NCBI RefSeq assembly: GCF_006345805.1
Contig: NW_021836190.1
Span: 1-25,021, forward strand
Reading direction: 5' to 3'
Length of the DNA: 25,021 bases
Origin: Octopus sinensis
Lineage: Eukaryota
How positions within the stretch are numbered: position 1 is the first letter of the stretch; every line of letters begins with the position of its first letter. This document shows, piece after piece, positions 22,401-25,021 of this stretch. The position numbers and the translations under genes were made by a program. A model generated the notes under the pieces. The model saw only the letters and a program-made list of their open reading frames with translations, was not told the DNA's origin and did not search any database.

Positions 22401-22579
22401 GCGAGAGAGAGGAGAGAAATATATAGAGATGGACATAAATACAAACTTACAGAAATTGAGACATGCATACATACATACATGTCTGTGTGCGTGTGTGTGT
22501 AAACATATATGTATTTATGTATGTATATATGGATGGATGTATGCATAAACATACACACACACACACACACACACATATA

Positions 22580-23346
22580 TACGTGGTCTGATTAATAAGT
22601 ATCCGGACTGTTGCCATAGTAACGAAGCTAAAGGACTTAGAGTGAAGCTATTTGGCACAGATTGGCCTTGAGCTCTGCTGTACACACGCACTAAGTTTAA
22701 CCGTTCTAGCTCACTTCCACTGTTTACAGCAGTGATTGGAAGGAAGGTGTGTAGTGTGTGATCGTCGCATTGACCATGACAGAGAAAGTTGAGCAGAGGA
22801 TCTGCATCAAACTTTGCCAAAAGCTTGGCGATACCTGCTCAGAGGCCCTCGTAAAATTTTCAAAAACTTTCATTGTTCTCGACACAATCAAAGAGATCTT
22901 ATGCAACTAAAACCCGAGTGTATTTTTGGTCAGCTGAAAGCGGTTTTGTCACAAACTTGATACACACGCGTCTCATACCCAAATCTTAAGTGATAATGGA
23001 CTGAACCGTAACTAATCTGCAATCCTCTGCTAACTCACGGATGGTGATTCGACGATTTTCCGTAAAAGCTGCACGCACATCTGAGATGTTTTTCTCAGTT
23101 CTGCTGGTTGCGGGCCTCCCAGAATGTTCGTCAATACACATTCTGCAAATTTGCGTAGGCCTCTGAGTAGGTATCGCTATGACAACTTTCTCTGTCATGG
23201 TCAATGCGACGATCACACGCTACACACCTTCCTTCGAAGCACTGCTGTAAACAGCGGAAGTGAGCTAGAACTTCAAAACTTAGTGCGCATATTCAGTTCA
23301 GCGTCAATCTTTGCCAAGCGGCTTCACTTACTGATCACACCTCGTA
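22580..23346. mobile_element. Non-autonomous mariner derivative made of two facing 5' ends
   Basis: Left arm: tacgtggtctgattaataagtatccggac... and ATG 22776 MTEKVEQRICIKLCQKLGDTCSEA. Right arm on minus: tacgaggtgtgatc..., ATG 23198 MTEKV..SGRPATSRTEKN..NRRITIRELAED..DLGMRRVCIKFVTKPLSADQK. TA at both ends. Confidence 0.85.
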
Positions 23347-23429
23347 TATAATGTTTCCACAAACCTCATGGATCCTTTCTTTCAATGGATTCTAAACTCC
23401 ATCACAGGACAAATTATTTATCTTAATCA

Positions 23430-23885
23430 GAAAATCCCTGTGTACTGACAGTATCTTAACTTTATTGACATTGATCCGTTTAGGTAACTTGACATTGTTT
23501 ATTCTAACCTTAAGTTTGACAACAAAATTGACCTGAGAACGCTAAAGGCCAGCTCATCCATCAAAGAAGCCACGGGAATTGTGTAAAACTTTGTCAATTA
23601 TAATACAGCAATTGTTGAGAAGAGAACATGTGACACCCGTTGAAAGGTATGCCGTTCAGTTGGAAGATTAAAAAGACTTCATAGTATGGCACCGGTTCCT
23701 TCTGCCAGCCAGCACAACCGAGCGTTATGCAATAAAAGGAGAAAAATCTTTGGCGGGGCTCAAGAGTCATATAAGGGCCACACACGGCATTATCAATGAC
23801 TCACTTCAATGCTTCTTTCTAGCAATGACTTTGCTCGTATACGAGAAAGCAGCCAATATTTATGTATGTATGTATGTATATATGT
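23430..23885 (+). mobile_element. Decayed LINE 3' end with two C2H2-like zinc fingers (RTE-like, clade uncertain) and (TGTA)n tail
   Basis: CDTR*KVCRSVGRLKRLHSM and, after a frameshift, CNKR..KSLAGLKSHIRATH. Ends gagaaagcagccaatatt followed by (tgta)n. Confidence 0.5.
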
Positions 23886-24254
23886 ATTGACATATATATA
23901 TATAGGTTGTTAAAGTCTAAGTGGAGTACACTTCATTATTTGTTACTTCTATTTTTTCCCACATGGTAGGGATATTTAGGAATATTCAGCTGCTGTTTCT
24001 TGCAGGGCGAGTGGCTTACTCGAGACTGTCTTTTGCTTCTGGCCTTAATTTTTATCGCTTATTGTTTGTTTTTTGTCACGTATTTTGTTTTTAGTTTTGT
24101 TTGTTTTGCGTGAAAGGGATTGTTTTATATATATATATATATACATTTCGTATCGTGTATTTGAATGTTTTGCGTTCTTGTCCCATTTTGTATTTTTATA
24201 TATATTTTTTATACATACATACATACATACATACATACCATAATCATTATATAT

Positions 24255-24303
<49 letters not shown>

Positions 24304-24342
24304 ATGACTGAAACAAATAAAAGAATATATATATACATACAT

Positions 24343-24459
24343 ATTCTTTTACTTGTTTCAGTCATTTGACTGTGGCCATGCTGGAGCACTGCTTTTAATC
24401 GAACAAATCGCCCCCACGACTTACTCTTTGCTGAGTTACGAGGACGTAAACACACCAAC
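24343..24459 (-). mobile_element. SINE family A 3' fragment with internal deletion
   Basis: ttttacttgtttcagtcatttgactgtggccatgctggagcac...ggacgtaaacacaccaac. Confidence 0.8.
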
Positions 24460-25021
24460 GGCGACAAACTGGCAGAAACGTTAGTACGCCGGGCGAAATG
24501 CTCAGCGGCATCTCGCCTGCCGTTACGTTCTGAGTTCAACTTCTGCCGAGGTTGACTTTGCCTTTCATCCTTTCGGGGTCGATTAAATAAGTACCAGTTA
24601 CGCACTGGGATCGATATAATTGACTTAATTCGTTTGTCTGTCCTTGTTTGTCCTCTCTGTGTTTAGCCCCTTGTGGGTAGTAAAGAAATAGGTATTTCAT
24701 CTGTCTTTACGTTCTGAGTTCAAATTCCACCGAGATCAACTTTGCCTTTCATCCTTTTGAGGTCGGTAAAATAAGTACCAGTTGAACACTAGGGTCGATG
24801 TAATCGAATGGCCCCCTCCCCCAAAATTGCTATTATTATTATTATTAATATTATTATTATTATTATTGATATGGCGGAGAGCTGACTGAATCGTTAGCAT
24901 GCCGGTCAAAATGCTCACTGGTATTTGATCCGTCTTTTCGTTCTGAGTTCAAATCCCGCCGAGGTCGGCATTGCCTTTCGTCCATTCTGGGGTCGATGTA
25001 ATCGACTCCCCCACCTCCCAC
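24460..25021 (+). mobile_element. Three head-to-tail SINE family B copies (24460-24690, 24691-24868, 24870-25021)
   Basis: Three successive gttctgagttcaa...gtcga bodies. The first has the gtttagccccttgtggg tail and the second has the cccccaaaattgct-(ATT)n tail. Confidence 0.85.

Overview
AT-rich, microsatellite-saturated eukaryotic DNA, most likely from an octopus (inferred from two tRNA-derived SINE families and the repeat landscape; no database check was possible). Most of the window is repeat. It holds about 20 SINE copies or fragments of two families (called A and B here), a decayed hAT transposase (10390-11616), a mariner derivative built from two facing 5' ends (22580-23346), 3' fragments of three LINE types (R4/Dong-like, CR1-like, zinc-finger RTE-like), two palindromic MITE-like elements and many simple repeats. 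The best host-gene signal is a minus-strand gene with two low-complexity exons (19967 or 19995 to 19576, and 3771 to 3079). Their splice phases match (phase 2) across a roughly 15.8 kb intron. The product would start MGQRLS (myristoylation-like), carry a PPSY motif and be Ser/Thr/Asn-rich; I cannot assign a gene name. A degenerate minimal hammerhead ribozyme motif lies next to a 144-bp palindrome at about 22.0-22.3 kb. No CRISPR array, rRNA or true tRNA gene was seen. Most long ORFs in the supplied track are translated microsatellites.
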